This document shows positions 9,630-19,858 of a stretch of 64,000 bases of DNA, one piece after another. The stretch is taken from positions 10,418-74,417 of the forward strand of contig JAGGWS010000038.1 in assembly GCA_021163425.1 (NCBI GenBank), written 5' to 3'. Source of the stretch: Candidatus Omnitrophota bacterium (GTDB taxonomy: Bacteria > Omnitrophota > Gorgyraeia > Duberdicusellales > Duberdicusellaceae). Position numbers and translations under genes: made by a program. A model generated the notes under the pieces. That model was not told where the DNA came from and made no database searches. It was given only the letters and a program-made list of their open reading frames with translations. Each line of letters begins with the position of its first letter. Position 1 is the stretch's first letter.

Positions 9630-10973
9630 TTAGTTCTTGCCTTTTAAATTCTTAACTTTACTGATAACCTCTTTTATATCTCTACAGCCATATAATTTAA
9701 GCCCTAAAAATTCTTTTAGATTTAACTTTTCTAAGTTACTCTGAGGAATAAAAGCATATAAAAAACCTAACCTTTTTATCTCGGAAAGCCTTTGAGAAAT
9801 ATTATAAACTCTCCTCAACTCTCCGGAAAGGCCTACTTCACCAATAAATACACATTCTCTGGGTACTAAAAAATCCTCATAACTGGAGGCAACAGCTAAA
9901 ACTAAAGCTAAATCGCTACAAGGATCATCTATTCTTATACCTCCGGTAACATTTACAAATACATCCTGATTGCCTAAATTTAATCCTAATCTCTTCTCCA
10001 TCATAGCTAAAATCAAAGAAAAGCGATTAAAATCAAAACCAACACTCTTTCTTCTCACCATCCCAAAGCTTGCCCGAGTAACTAAAGCTTGAACTTCTAC
10101 TAATATTGCTCTCACTCCTTCTAAAACACAGCCTACAGCACTTCCTGAAGAAGACCTACCCTCTCCAGAGATAAATATTGAAGAAGGATTTTCCACTTCT
10201 TTTAACCCTGAAGAAGTCATCTCAAATACTCCAATCTCTCCCAGAGAACCAAATCTGTTTTTCACTGCCCTTAAAATACGAAAATTTGAATTCTTTTCTC
10301 CCTCAAAATATATTACACAGTCTACAATATGTTCTAAAGCTTTAGGACCAGAAATAACTCCTTCCTTAGTCACATGACCTACGATGAATAAAGAAACGCC
10401 CTTTTTTTTAGCAGTCTCAGTAAGAATATTTGCCGACTCTCTTATCTGAACTAAACTCCCCAGAGAAGCTCCTAAAGAAGCAATCTTTAGCACCTGAATA
10501 GAATCAATTATTATTAAGAAAAAATCTTTTTCAAATAAAAGAAGAAGAGTTTCCAAATTATCCTCATTAACCAAGAAAAGATTTTCTGCGTCTATACCTA
10601 ATCTCTTTGCTCTTAAATTTATCTGAGCTAAAGACTCTTCAGCACTTACATAAAGAACTTTCTTATTTTTAGCTATTTGTGAAGCTACTTCTAAAAGAAG
10701 TGTGGACTTTCCAATCCCTGGCTCTCCACCTACTAAGACTACTTCTCCCTTAATTAAGCCTCCTCCTAAGACCCGGTCAAATTCTTTTATCTGAGTAGGA
10801 AATCTTTCTTCTTTAATAGTAGATAACTCTCTTATATTAGTAAGAGAAGGCAACGGGTCTTCCCTTTCTTTTCGAGAAGAAACCTCTTCAGTAAAACTCT
10901 CCCAGGCTCCACACTCAGGACACTTTCCTAACCACTTAAAAGTCTTATAGCCACAATTCCTGCAGATAAACAT
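9630..10973 (-). CDS. radA: DNA repair protein RadA/Sms
   Basis: N-terminal C4 zinc finger (CRNCGYKT...CPECGAW), RecA-like Walker A GEPGIGKST and a Lon-like C-terminal domain. Confidence 0.9.
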   Translation of the reverse strand: MFICRNCGYKTFKWLGKCPECGAWESFTEEVSSRKEREDPLPSLTNIRELSTIKEERFPTQIKEFDRVLGGGLIKGEVVLVGGEPGIGKSTLLLEVASQIAKNKKVLYVSAEESLAQINLRAKRLGIDAENLFLVNEDNLETLLLLFEKDFFLIIIDSIQVLKIASLGASLGSLVQIRESANILTETAKKKGVSLFIVGHVTKEGVISGPKALEHIVDCVIYFEGEKNSNFRILRAVKNRFGSLGEIGVFEMTSSGLKEVENPSSIFISGEGRSSSGSAVGCVLEGVRAILVEVQALVTRASFGMVRRKSVGFDFNRFSLILAMMEKRLGLNLGNQDVFVNVTGGIRIDDPCSDLALVLAVASSYEDFLVPRECVFIGEVGLSGELRRVYNISQRLSEIKRLGFLYAFIPQSNLEKLNLKEFLGLKLYGCRDIKEVISKVKNLKGKN

Positions 10974-11044
10974 TTTTAAAATTCTCTTATAGTTATTATA
11001 TTTTTTAAACTCCTCTCCTAAAAGCTCCCAAATTATTACTCTTC

Positions 11045-11731
11045 TTATCTGGGCTTATGGAGAAGTTTCCAGGGGTGAGCTTTCAAATCTTTTACAAATT
11101 CTTCTATATCTCTGTAAAGAGTATCTTCATAAATAAGCCTGCCCACAGTTCCTCTCCTCTCCCTTAAATCTCTGAAAAAACCCCTCATATCAGAAGAAAC
11201 TCCCTCTAAGCTACCTACAAATTTCTTAAAAGTAGAAATTATCTCTTCTTCTCTAACTAAATTATCTAAGGTGTCTAATAATTTATAAAAACGCTCTATA
11301 CTGGCCCGCACAAACTTACCTAAAGTATATAAAGGCACTGAATCCTCACCAATTATCACATCTGCCTCTTTTAAATATTGCTTTGAACCTTCCTGAGGAA
11401 TTATCTCTAAATATTTCTCCCCTAAAACCCCTAAACTATTAACAAAGACTTGAGAATCTGAAGGTATCTTTACATCTTTTCTTATCCAGGCATAGACTAT
11501 AACCTTAGTCTTCTCACCTTCCCGGACTAAGGAAACTTTCTTAACCTCTCCTGCGTCTATCCCTGCTACTCTCACCGGAGAAGCAGGCTTTAACCCGTCC
11601 CCAAAATTAAAGACAACTTTAATTGTATAGCCGGGGTTAAAAATCCTAAAATCCCGAATAGAAAAGATGCCCACAATAAGAATAATAATTGCACCTAAGA
11701 TAAAAATTCCTAATTTAAACTCTTTAGACAT
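11045..11731 (-). CDS. mlaD: MCE-domain protein, MlaD-like
   Basis: N-terminal transmembrane helix then an MCE fold. Adjacent to the mlaE/mlaF homologues. Confidence 0.7.
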   Translation of the reverse strand: MSKEFKLGIFILGAIIILIVGIFSIRDFRIFNPGYTIKVVFNFGDGLKPASPVRVAGIDAGEVKKVSLVREGEKTKVIVYAWIRKDVKIPSDSQVFVNSLGVLGEKYLEIIPQEGSKQYLKEADVIIGEDSVPLYTLGKFVRASIERFYKLLDTLDNLVREEEIISTFKKFVGSLEGVSSDMRGFFRDLRERRGTVGRLIYEDTLYRDIEEFVKDLKAHPWKLLHKPR

Positions 11732-11746
11732 TTTCTCCTCCTGACT

Positions 11747-12550
11747 CTAAACATCCGTTTCTTTTATTGGACCGGTTCGACTTCCCTGAATAAACTGTCT
11801 AACTACAGGGTTATCTACTTTCTCTAATTCTGAAGGTATCCCGGTAAAAACAATCTTACCTCCAAAAAGCATAGAAATGTAATCACCAATTTTAAAAGCG
11901 CTGTTTAAATCATGGGTGACTACTACTGAAGTTACCCCTAGTTTATCGTGGAGTTCTCTAATCAAAGAATTTATCATATCAGCTCCTATAGGGTCTACTC
12001 CGGTTGTTGGTTCGTCGTATAAAAGTATTGAAGGGTTAAGACATAGAGCCCGGGCAATAGCCACTCTCTTTCTCATACCTCCGCTTAATTCCTGAGGAAA
12101 TTTATCTTCTACCCCCTTAAGGCCTACTAAAGAAAGTAAACCTTTAACTCGTTCTCTTATTTTTTGAGAAGGCAAATTTGAATATTCATAGAGAAGAAAC
12201 CCTACATTCTCCTCTACAGTCAAATAATCAAAAAGAGCTGAACCCTGAAAAACCATTCCAAATTGAAATCTTATCTTATCTAATTCTCTTTCAGGAAGTA
12301 GAGTAATGTCTGTGTTGTTTACTATAATCTTCCCTTTATCGGGCCGGAGAATTCCTATTATATGTTTAAGAAGCACACTCTTACCACAGCCTGAACGTCC
12401 AATTATTACATGGGTTTTACCATCTTCAATATTTAGAGTTAAACCCTTAAGAACATCTAATCCATTAAAACTCTTATATAACCCAATTATCTCAATCATT
12501 ATTAAAAAATCTAAGGTAATAACACATAAAACAGAGCAGTTAAAACACAA
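11747..12550 (-). CDS. mlaF: ABC transporter ATP-binding protein, MlaF-like
   Basis: Walker A GRSGCGKS, ABC signature LSGGMRKRVAIARAL, Walker B LLYDEPT. Confidence 0.75.
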   Translation of the reverse strand: MCFNCSVLCVITLDFLIMIEIIGLYKSFNGLDVLKGLTLNIEDGKTHVIIGRSGCGKSVLLKHIIGILRPDKGKIIVNNTDITLLPERELDKIRFQFGMVFQGSALFDYLTVEENVGFLLYEYSNLPSQKIRERVKGLLSLVGLKGVEDKFPQELSGGMRKRVAIARALCLNPSILLYDEPTTGVDPIGADMINSLIRELHDKLGVTSVVVTHDLNSAFKIGDYISMLFGGKIVFTGIPSELEKVDNPVVRQFIQGSRTGPIKETDV

Positions 12551-13272
12551 TCAGCTGTAATTATAAGAATAAATGATTTAACCACTGATTTAATTACCGC
12601 TCTCCCTACTCCCGTAGCTCCTGCTCCTGCTGAAAATCCTTCAAAACAACTCACCAATCCAATAATACCTCCAAAGATAAAAGCTTTAATCAGGCCACTA
12701 AATATATCCTTAAAGGCTAAAGCCTCCATACTCATCCTAAAATAAAGCCCCCAAGAAATATTTAACTTAGTAGTTCCGACAATATAACCTCCAATAATCC
12801 CAATTAAATCAGCGTATAAGACCAAAAGAGGCAAAGTAATTATCAAAGCCAAAAATTTAGGAACAGCCAGATAATCCACAGGATCAGTAGCCAAACTTCT
12901 CAAAGCATCTAACTGTTCAGTAACTTTCATAGAACTCACCTCAGCAGAAATTGAAGAACCACTCCTTCCAGCAATTATCAAAGAAGTAAGAACAGGTCCT
13001 AACTCCCGAGTTAAAGAAAGGGCTACTATTGAAGCAATATATATCTCTGAAGATATCTTCTGCAGCTGATAGGCTGTTTGAAAAGCTAAGATTATTCCCG
13101 TAAAAAGAGCTACCAGAGAGACTATAGGTAAACTCTCCACTCCTAAAATCATCATCTCCGAAATTAAAGCCTTAAACCTCTTCTTACCCCAAAAAATCCA
13201 CCAGACTACTTTAGCGAATAAGGTAGCTATCTTACCAAAATAAATAGCCAGATTATTTAACTTCTCAGTCAT
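12511..13272 (-). CDS. mlaE: ABC transporter permease, MlaE-like
   Basis: Multi-transmembrane permease upstream of the ATPase and MCE genes in the usual mla order. Confidence 0.7.
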   Translation of the reverse strand: MTEKLNNLAIYFGKIATLFAKVVWWIFWGKKRFKALISEMMILGVESLPIVSLVALFTGIILAFQTAYQLQKISSEIYIASIVALSLTRELGPVLTSLIIAGRSGSSISAEVSSMKVTEQLDALRSLATDPVDYLAVPKFLALIITLPLLVLYADLIGIIGGYIVGTTKLNISWGLYFRMSMEALAFKDIFSGLIKAFIFGGIIGLVSCFEGFSAGAGATGVGRAVIKSVVKSFILIITADCVLTALFYVLLP

Positions 13273-13311
13273 TGGAAAATTCAGACTCTCTCTCTATACT
13301 AAATTTATAAA

Positions 13312-14190
13312 TCAAAATTTAATCTCTGGCACTTGAAGAGGGTCTTTTTTAAGAGTGAATTTTAAAAAACTCTCACTACCCAATCTATATACAAAAACTC
13401 CTGAAGCTTTAGAATCTAAAAATCCTCTCAGAGAAGTATTTTCTTCTGGTTTTAGAAAGTCTTTTTTATACTCTGAGCCTGAAGACTTATTATAAGGTAA
13501 ATTATACAACTTAGCTAAATTAAACGTTCCCTCTAAGTCCAGATGAATATTTTCCAAAAGAACATAAGAGTCGGAAAAATAAATCCAGGGGAAACTTCCC
13601 CGGAAATTCAAAAAAACCCTCTCAATCTTATAATCTTCTAAATTAGCTCCGAAGGCTTCTAATTTACCCTCTATTAAAAGATTATCTAATCTTCCCTGTA
13701 GGGTGATTTTACCCCGAAAGTCTCCTTGAAAAGGAAAATCTTCTACCCCTAAAAATTTATTTAATTTTCTTAAACTCATTCCTTTTATATCTATATCTAA
13801 TTTTAAAACCGGCTGAGGAGAAAAATCGATATTACCACTAATAATAAATCCTTCTCCTCTGAAATAGCTAAGAGTTAAGACCCCTCCTTTATAGATAATG
13901 TAGGAAGAAAAATTCTTAGTTTTACGCTGATTAAGGGATATTCTTATAGGGTTAAGATTAAAAATAAATAAGTCTTTGTCTTTTTTAACTCTTCCTTGAA
14001 AACTAAGGCTGAGTTTCTTCCCTAAGAAAATTAAATCATCCCACTCACCCTTACAAGAATAAAAAGAATCTTCTTTTCTCAAAAAAAGAGTTGGAGAAAC
14101 TTCTTCCTGGAAAGTTCTCTTCTCAGGGTAAGAAAAACCTGAATTAAAAAGACCCACAAATATAAAAAAAAATACTAAAAATCTGGTCAT
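13312..14190 (-). CDS. secreted hypothetical protein
   Basis: N-terminal signal peptide ([20 protein letters not shown]). No recognisable catalytic motifs. Lies between the mla genes and clpC. Confidence 0.4.
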   Translation of the reverse strand: MTRFLVFFFIFVGLFNSGFSYPEKRTFQEEVSPTLFLRKEDSFYSCKGEWDDLIFLGKKLSLSFQGRVKKDKDLFIFNLNPIRISLNQRKTKNFSSYIIYKGGVLTLSYFRGEGFIISGNIDFSPQPVLKLDIDIKGMSLRKLNKFLGVEDFPFQGDFRGKITLQGRLDNLLIEGKLEAFGANLEDYKIERVFLNFRGSFPWIYFSDSYVLLENIHLDLEGTFNLAKLYNLPYNKSSGSEYKKDFLKPEENTSLRGFLDSKASGVFVYRLGSESFLKFTLKKDPLQVPEIKF

Positions 14191-16631
14191 TCAAAAACAA
14201 GAGAATCGTTCTTTCTCTTGGCAATTATCTTTCTCCTCTCAGAAGAAGTTTTTAATTTAAACCTCCCCGAGATTATTTCCTCAGCTAAAGGGTCTTCTAA
14301 AAATCTCTGAATTACTCTCTTCAAAGGTCGGGCTCCAAAAATAGGGTCAAAACCTTTTTCAATAAAAAACTCCCTAGCTTGAGGAGTGAGCTCTATTTCT
14401 ATGCCCTGCTCATCCAATCTTTTATTTACATAACCTATCTCAATATCCACAATCTTCTCTAAATCCTCTTTAAGTAAAGGCCTAAAAACAATAATTTCAT
14501 CCAATCTATTGAGAAACTCAGGCTTGAAAGTCCTCTTTACCTCCTCTAAGAGTTTGTTTTTCATCTCCTCATAACTTATCTCTTCTTTAACTACAGTAAA
14601 TCCTAAAGACCCTTTCTTCTTTAAAATATCCACACCTACATTAGAAGTCATAATCAGAATGGTATTCCTGAAGTCAACCTTTCTTCCAAAACTATCAGTT
14701 AACCTTCCATCCTCTAATATCTGAAGTAATAAATTAAAGACATCAGGATGAGCTTTCTCAATCTCATCTAAAAGAACTACTGAATAAGGCCTTCTCCTTA
14801 CCCGTTCAGTGAGCTGGCCTCCTTCTTCGTAACCTACATAGCCGGGAGGAGCTCCAATCAATCTGGAAACATTAAACTTCTCCATATATTCGGACATATC
14901 TAACTGGACAAGAGCCTCTTCGTCTCCAAACATAAATTCAGCTAAGACCCTGGCTAAAAGAGTCTTTCCTACTCCAGTAGGACCCATAAAGATAAAAGAA
15001 CCAATAGGCCGTTTAGGATCCTTTATCCCTGCCCGGGAACGCCTTAAAGCTCTGGCTATTGACTTTATAGCTTCCCCTTGACCTACTACTCGTTTAGAAA
15101 GTTCTTCCTCAGCCTTAAGAAGTTTTTCTGACTCTTTCTCCTCCAGCTTAAATATAGGAATACCCGTCCATTGAGAAACAAGCTTAGCAATATCTTCAGC
15201 AGTTACTTTAGGTAAGACTTTATCTCGAGACTTAATCCAATCTTTACGGATTGTTTCCAGTTTAAGCCTTAATTCTCTCTCCTGGTCTCTTAATTTTGCT
15301 GCCTTTTCAAAATCTTGTTGTCTAATAAAAGCTTCCTTTTCTTTGGTTATATCCTGCAGCTTCCTCTCTATCTCTTTTATCTCAGAAGGAGTAGTAAGAA
15401 CCTGGAGTCTAGCCCGGGAACCGGCTTCATCTATCAAATCCACTGCTTTATCAGGCAGGAATCTTCCTGAAATATACCTATCTGAAAGCCTGGCTGCAGC
15501 TTCTAAGGCTTCGTCAGTAAATTTAACCCGGTGGTGAGCTTCGTATCTATCGCGTAATCCTTTTAAAATTTCTATAGTCTCTTCTACAGTAGGAGGCTCA
15601 ACTATTATCGGCTGAAACCTTCTTTCTAAAGCGGCATCTTTCTCAATATGTTTTCTGTATTCATCTAAGGTAGTGGCTCCTATACACTGGATTTCTCCCC
15701 GGGACAAAGCAGGTTTCAGAATATTAGAAGCGTCAATTGCTCCTTCAGCTGCTCCTGCTCCTACTAAGGTATGAAGTTCATCAATAAACATTATTACATC
15801 TTTTGAACGCTTAATCTCTTCCATTACTGCTTTAATCCTTTCCTCAAATTGACCTCTGTATTTTGTTCCTGCTATCATCAAGGCTAAATCTAAAACTACA
15901 ATCCTCTTGTTCCTCAAAACTTCAGGAACATTCCCCGAAACAATTGCCTGAGCTAAACCTTCTACAATAGCAGTCTTACCTACCCCGGCCTCCCCTAATA
16001 ACACAGGATTGTTCTTGGTCCGGCGGGATAAAACCTGAATAACTCTTTCTATCTCAACTTTTCTCCCAATAACTGGGTCTAATTTACCCTCTCTGGCTAA
16101 GCCAGTAAGGTCCCTCCCAAAAGAATCTAAAGCCGGGGTTTTCTTAGGCGAAGAACTGCTTTGAGAATAAGGGAAATCTCCTGAAGATGAATACCCTCCT
16201 CCTAAAAGGTCAAGAATAACCCTTCTTACTTTGTTAATATCTAAACCTAAGTTTACCAATACTTGCGAAGCTATACCCTCCTGTTCTCTGAATAATCCTA
16301 AAAGAAGGTGCTCAGTGCCAATATAGTTGTGCCCCATACTTCTTGCTTCCTCAGCAGCTAACTCTAAGACTTTTTTAGCCCGGGGAGTAAAAGGAAGTTC
16401 TCCCAACACCTGCGTTTGACCTCCGGGATGGAGAAATTTCTCCACTTCTTCCCTAATTCTTTCTAAATCCATACCTAAATTCTGTAAAACAACGCTAGCT
16501 ACTCCTTCCTGTTCAGAGATTACCCCTAAAAGAATGTGCTCAGTACCTATATAATCATGATTAAAACGCCGAGCATGTTCTTTAGCTGAAAGTAAAACTC
16601 TCCTTGCTCTCTCAGTGAATCTATTAAACAT
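14187..16631 (-). CDS. clpC: ATP-dependent Clp protease ATP-binding subunit ClpC
   Basis: Two Clp_N repeats, two AAA+ modules ([17 protein letters not shown]) and a UVR motif between them ([16 protein letters not shown]). Confidence 0.9.
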   Translation of the reverse strand: MFNRFTERARRVLLSAKEHARRFNHDYIGTEHILLGVISEQEGVASVVLQNLGMDLERIREEVEKFLHPGGQTQVLGELPFTPRAKKVLELAAEEARSMGHNYIGTEHLLLGLFREQEGIASQVLVNLGLDINKVRRVILDLLGGGYSSSGDFPYSQSSSSPKKTPALDSFGRDLTGLAREGKLDPVIGRKVEIERVIQVLSRRTKNNPVLLGEAGVGKTAIVEGLAQAIVSGNVPEVLRNKRIVVLDLALMIAGTKYRGQFEERIKAVMEEIKRSKDVIMFIDELHTLVGAGAAEGAIDASNILKPALSRGEIQCIGATTLDEYRKHIEKDAALERRFQPIIVEPPTVEETIEILKGLRDRYEAHHRVKFTDEALEAAARLSDRYISGRFLPDKAVDLIDEAGSRARLQVLTTPSEIKEIERKLQDITKEKEAFIRQQDFEKAAKLRDQERELRLKLETIRKDWIKSRDKVLPKVTAEDIAKLVSQWTGIPIFKLEEKESEKLLKAEEELSKRVVGQGEAIKSIARALRRSRAGIKDPKRPIGSFIFMGPTGVGKTLLARVLAEFMFGDEEALVQLDMSEYMEKFNVSRLIGAPPGYVGYEEGGQLTERVRRRPYSVVLLDEIEKAHPDVFNLLLQILEDGRLTDSFGRKVDFRNTILIMTSNVGVDILKKKGSLGFTVVKEEISYEEMKNKLLEEVKRTFKPEFLNRLDEIIVFRPLLKEDLEKIVDIEIGYVNKRLDEQGIEIELTPQAREFFIEKGFDPIFGARPLKRVIQRFLEDPLAEEIISGRFKLKTSSERRKIIAKRKNDSLVFE

Positions 16632-16649
16632 TGCCCCTCCTCCTTCAAA

Positions 16650-17711
16650 TTAACTTATATATACTCTTTCTAACTTTTCTCTTAAAAGCTCAGCTCTTAT
16701 AGAATCCCTTTCCTGGTGAGAAAGATTCTTTTTATATATTTTTTGTAAGTGCGCCGGTTGAATCATAATAAATAAATAATTAAGGAGTTCAGTATTTAAA
16801 TTTTTTATTATACCTAAGTCCATTCCCAAACGCAATAAAGAAAGATAGGACAAAGTCTCACTACTGCTAATAAGCCGGCAGTTTTTAAGAATTCCCAAAG
16901 CTCTACAAATCTTATCTTCTAAAGAAAGCCTGTAGCGGGAAAGCATATACTCCCGAGCCTGAAGTTCCTGGCTTTTAAGTTGTTTTATTATCCCTGAAAG
17001 ATTACTTAGAATTTCAGCTTCACTTAAACCTAAAGTCAGTTGATTGGAAACCTGAAAAAAATTACCTATAGCCTGGGTTCCTTCTCCAAAAAAACCTCGG
17101 GTGGTAAAGGAGAGTTTACTGATTAATTCTAAAACCCTATTAATCCTTTTAGTCATAATTAATCCCGGCAAATGTAACATACAGGAAGCTCGCATACCTG
17201 TACCTACATTAGTAGGGCAAGAGGTTAAAAATCCTAAATTAAAAGAAAAAGCAAAATTTAGGGTCCTGGAAAATTCCTCGTCTGCCCGGTTAGCAATCTC
17301 CCAGGTATCCTGCAAGTCAAAACCGGACTTTATTACCTGAATTCTTAAATGGTCTTCTTCATTTACCATAATTGAACAAACCTCATCTTTTCTTAAAAGG
17401 AGAGCCTTATCTTGACTATAATTAGCATACTCCTGACTTACTAAATGGCGTTCTAAAAGAAATTCTCTGTCTAAGGGAGAAAGCTCAGCCCCCTTAAGAA
17501 ACTCAAAACCCCTTAAAAAACTACTCTTTTCTTGAGCTTCTCTTATCTTCTCAAACAGTTTCTTTACTTGAAGAGGCTTCATTCTTTTGGGAAAAGGAAT
17601 ATCTACTAAATTTCTGGCTAATCTAATCCGGGAAGAAATAATGATATTAGCATCAGGACCTTTACCCTTAAACCACTCTCCGGGCTTATTGAGTAACTCC
17701 TCCAAGATCAT
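16650..17711 (-). CDS. mcsB: protein arginine kinase McsB
   Basis: ATP:guanido phosphotransferase-like core. Located between mcsA and clpC. Confidence 0.8.
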   Translation of the reverse strand: MILEELLNKPGEWFKGKGPDANIIISSRIRLARNLVDIPFPKRMKPLQVKKLFEKIREAQEKSSFLRGFEFLKGAELSPLDREFLLERHLVSQEYANYSQDKALLLRKDEVCSIMVNEEDHLRIQVIKSGFDLQDTWEIANRADEEFSRTLNFAFSFNLGFLTSCPTNVGTGMRASCMLHLPGLIMTKRINRVLELISKLSFTTRGFFGEGTQAIGNFFQVSNQLTLGLSEAEILSNLSGIIKQLKSQELQAREYMLSRYRLSLEDKICRALGILKNCRLISSSETLSYLSLLRLGMDLGIIKNLNTELLNYLFIMIQPAHLQKIYKKNLSHQERDSIRAELLREKLERVYIS

Positions 17712-18229
17712 TTTTTATTACTCCTCTTATTTTTTTTGGTTTTTTCTGCCTCTAATTGTCTTATCTCATCGCGAATTCTGGCTGCTTCTTCATATTCTTC
17801 CAACCTTACTGCCCTCTCTAAATGTTGCTTTAATTCCTTTATTCTCTCCTCCCGAGAAAGCTCTTTCCTCATCTCTAATTTAGGAACTTTACCCCTATGA
17901 CGAAGAGAACCGTGAATCTTTCTCAACAAAGGTGTGAGTTTATCTTTAAAAGCAGAATAGCACTCTGCGCATCCCAATCTTCCTTTGTTTTTAAATTCCT
18001 CATAACTAAGGCCGCAATTAGGACAGGAAAGTTCAGAAAGAGTAATCTCATCTAGAGAATCAATATCTACTAATTCCGATAAAAAATCGGCAATATTAAA
18101 TTGTTTTTGAAATTCTTCAGTTTTCTTCTTAGCACAATCCTCACAAAGATGAACTTCAATGATTTTCCCCTCGATTATTTCAGTAAGATGAACAGTAGCT
18201 GGCTTTTTTCCACAAACATCACAAAGCAA
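17708..18229 (-). CDS. mcsA: McsA (zinc-finger plus UVR-domain activator of McsB)
   Basis: Paired CxxC motifs (CDVCG...CEDC; CPNCG...CAEC) and a C-terminal UVR motif (EEYEEAARIRDEI). Confidence 0.8.
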   Translation of the reverse strand: MLCDVCGKKPATVHLTEIIEGKIIEVHLCEDCAKKKTEEFQKQFNIADFLSELVDIDSLDEITLSELSCPNCGLSYEEFKNKGRLGCAECYSAFKDKLTPLLRKIHGSLRHRGKVPKLEMRKELSREERIKELKQHLERAVRLEEYEEAARIRDEIRQLEAEKTKKNKRSNKK

Positions 18230-18265
18230 CTTTTCCTCCTTTCCTTATTCAAAATCTTCTCACCC

Positions 18266-19141
18266 TTAAAGAGAATATCTTACTCCATCTTTTTGAGTAA
18301 GTTTTCTAAATTCTCTCATTAAAAGCTTAGTTATAGGTCCGGGCTTTCCTTTTCCAATAACCCGACCATCAATCTTTACTACTGGTGCAATCTCAGCAGC
18401 TGTTCCAGTTAAAAAACATTCATCACTAATATAAAGCTCATGACGGGTAATCACATGTTCATGGACAGGCATCTTTAATCTTTTGGCTATTTCTAAAACA
18501 GTATCACGGGTTATGCCCCGAAGAGTCCCCATACACTGAGGAGGAGTATAAATATTTCTCTTCCTTACTATAAAGATATTATCACCGGTACATTCAGCTA
18601 CATATCCTAAAGAATCGAGCATTACTGCCTCAGCAAATCCAGCATTAATAGCTTCTATCTTAGCTAAAATATTATTTAAATAATTTAAAGACTTTATTTG
18701 AGGATTTAAAGCTTCAGGAAGATTTCTGATGGTAGGAACAGTTATAATCTCTAAACCTTTTTGATAATACTCTTTAGGATAGAGTGCAATTTTATCAGTG
18801 ATTATTATGAAAGTTTCTCTACCTTTACACTCTCTGGGGTCTAATCCTAAATCACCTTCACCCCGTGTAACTACCACTCTGATATAGGCATCTCTTAACT
18901 GGTTAGCCCTTAAAGTATCTATTATTGCTTTCTTAATTTGACTCTTAGTATAAGGGATATCAAGCATAAGAGTGTGGGCTGATTCAAATAATCTCTCAAT
19001 ATGCTCTTTTAATTTAAAAACTAAACAATTATAACTCCTTATCCCTTCAAAAATTCCGTCTCCATACAGGAGGCCGTGGTCAAATACAGATATTTTTGCT
19101 TCTTTCTTATCAAACAATTTTCCATTAATAAATACTTTCAT
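18266..19141 (-). CDS. ilvE: branched-chain amino acid aminotransferase (fold type IV)
   Basis: Class IV aminotransferase motifs (VFDHGLLYGDGIFEGIR, ...TGTAAEI). 291 aa. Confidence 0.8.
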   Translation of the reverse strand: MKVFINGKLFDKKEAKISVFDHGLLYGDGIFEGIRSYNCLVFKLKEHIERLFESAHTLMLDIPYTKSQIKKAIIDTLRANQLRDAYIRVVVTRGEGDLGLDPRECKGRETFIIITDKIALYPKEYYQKGLEIITVPTIRNLPEALNPQIKSLNYLNNILAKIEAINAGFAEAVMLDSLGYVAECTGDNIFIVRKRNIYTPPQCMGTLRGITRDTVLEIAKRLKMPVHEHVITRHELYISDECFLTGTAAEIAPVVKIDGRVIGKGKPGPITKLLMREFRKLTQKDGVRYSL

Positions 19142-19177
19142 TTAACCCCCTTTTATAACCAGGTTTAACCTTCCCAA

Positions 19178-19858
19178 TTAAGAGATAATTCTTCCCTCCT
19201 TAATATTTAACACTCTTGAAGCATCTTTTGCAAGCTCAAAATTATGGGTAACTAAAACTATGGTTACCCCCTCTTCCTTATTTAAATCTTTAAGGATATT
19301 CCGCACATTCTCTGAAGAATCTCTATCCAGATTACCTGTAGGCTCATCACAAAAGACTACTGAAGGCTTATTAATCAAAGCCCGGGCTATAGCTGTTTTC
19401 TGCTGTTCTCCTCCCGAAAGCTGAGCAGGGTAAAAATTCAACCTTTCTGCCAAACCCAATTTTTCAGCTAAATTCTTAGCTTCTCTTTTAGCTTCTCGGA
19501 AACTCCTCCTTTTTAATAAATAAGGAAGATAAATATTCTCTAAGACTGTGAGTTCCTTAATTAAATGGTAAAATTGAAAGACAAAACCTACTTTCCTGTT
19601 TCTTAAAAGAAAAATTTCTTTAGATTTAAGTTCTTTTAGGTTTTTTCCTTCAAAAAAAACATCACCTTCAGTAGGATAATCTAAGCCTCCCAAAATATGA
19701 ATAAGGGTAGACTTTCCCGCTCCTGAAGGCCCGATTATTGTTAAGTACTCATCCTCCCTTATAGAAATATTTACACCAGACAAAGCTAAAACTTCTTTAT
19801 CTCCATCCTTATACACTTTTTTCAAACCTTCACCTCTAATTATTATCTCTTTACTCAT
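19178..19858 (-). CDS. lolD: ABC transporter ATP-binding protein, LolD/FtsE-like
   Basis: Walker A GPSGAGKST, signature LSGGEQQKTAIARAL. Paired with a FtsX/MacB-type permease. Confidence 0.7.
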   Translation of the reverse strand: MSKEIIIRGEGLKKVYKDGDKEVLALSGVNISIREDEYLTIIGPSGAGKSTLIHILGGLDYPTEGDVFFEGKNLKELKSKEIFLLRNRKVGFVFQFYHLIKELTVLENIYLPYLLKRRSFREAKREAKNLAEKLGLAERLNFYPAQLSGGEQQKTAIARALINKPSVVFCDEPTGNLDRDSSENVRNILKDLNKEEGVTIVLVTHNFELAKDASRVLNIKEGRIIS

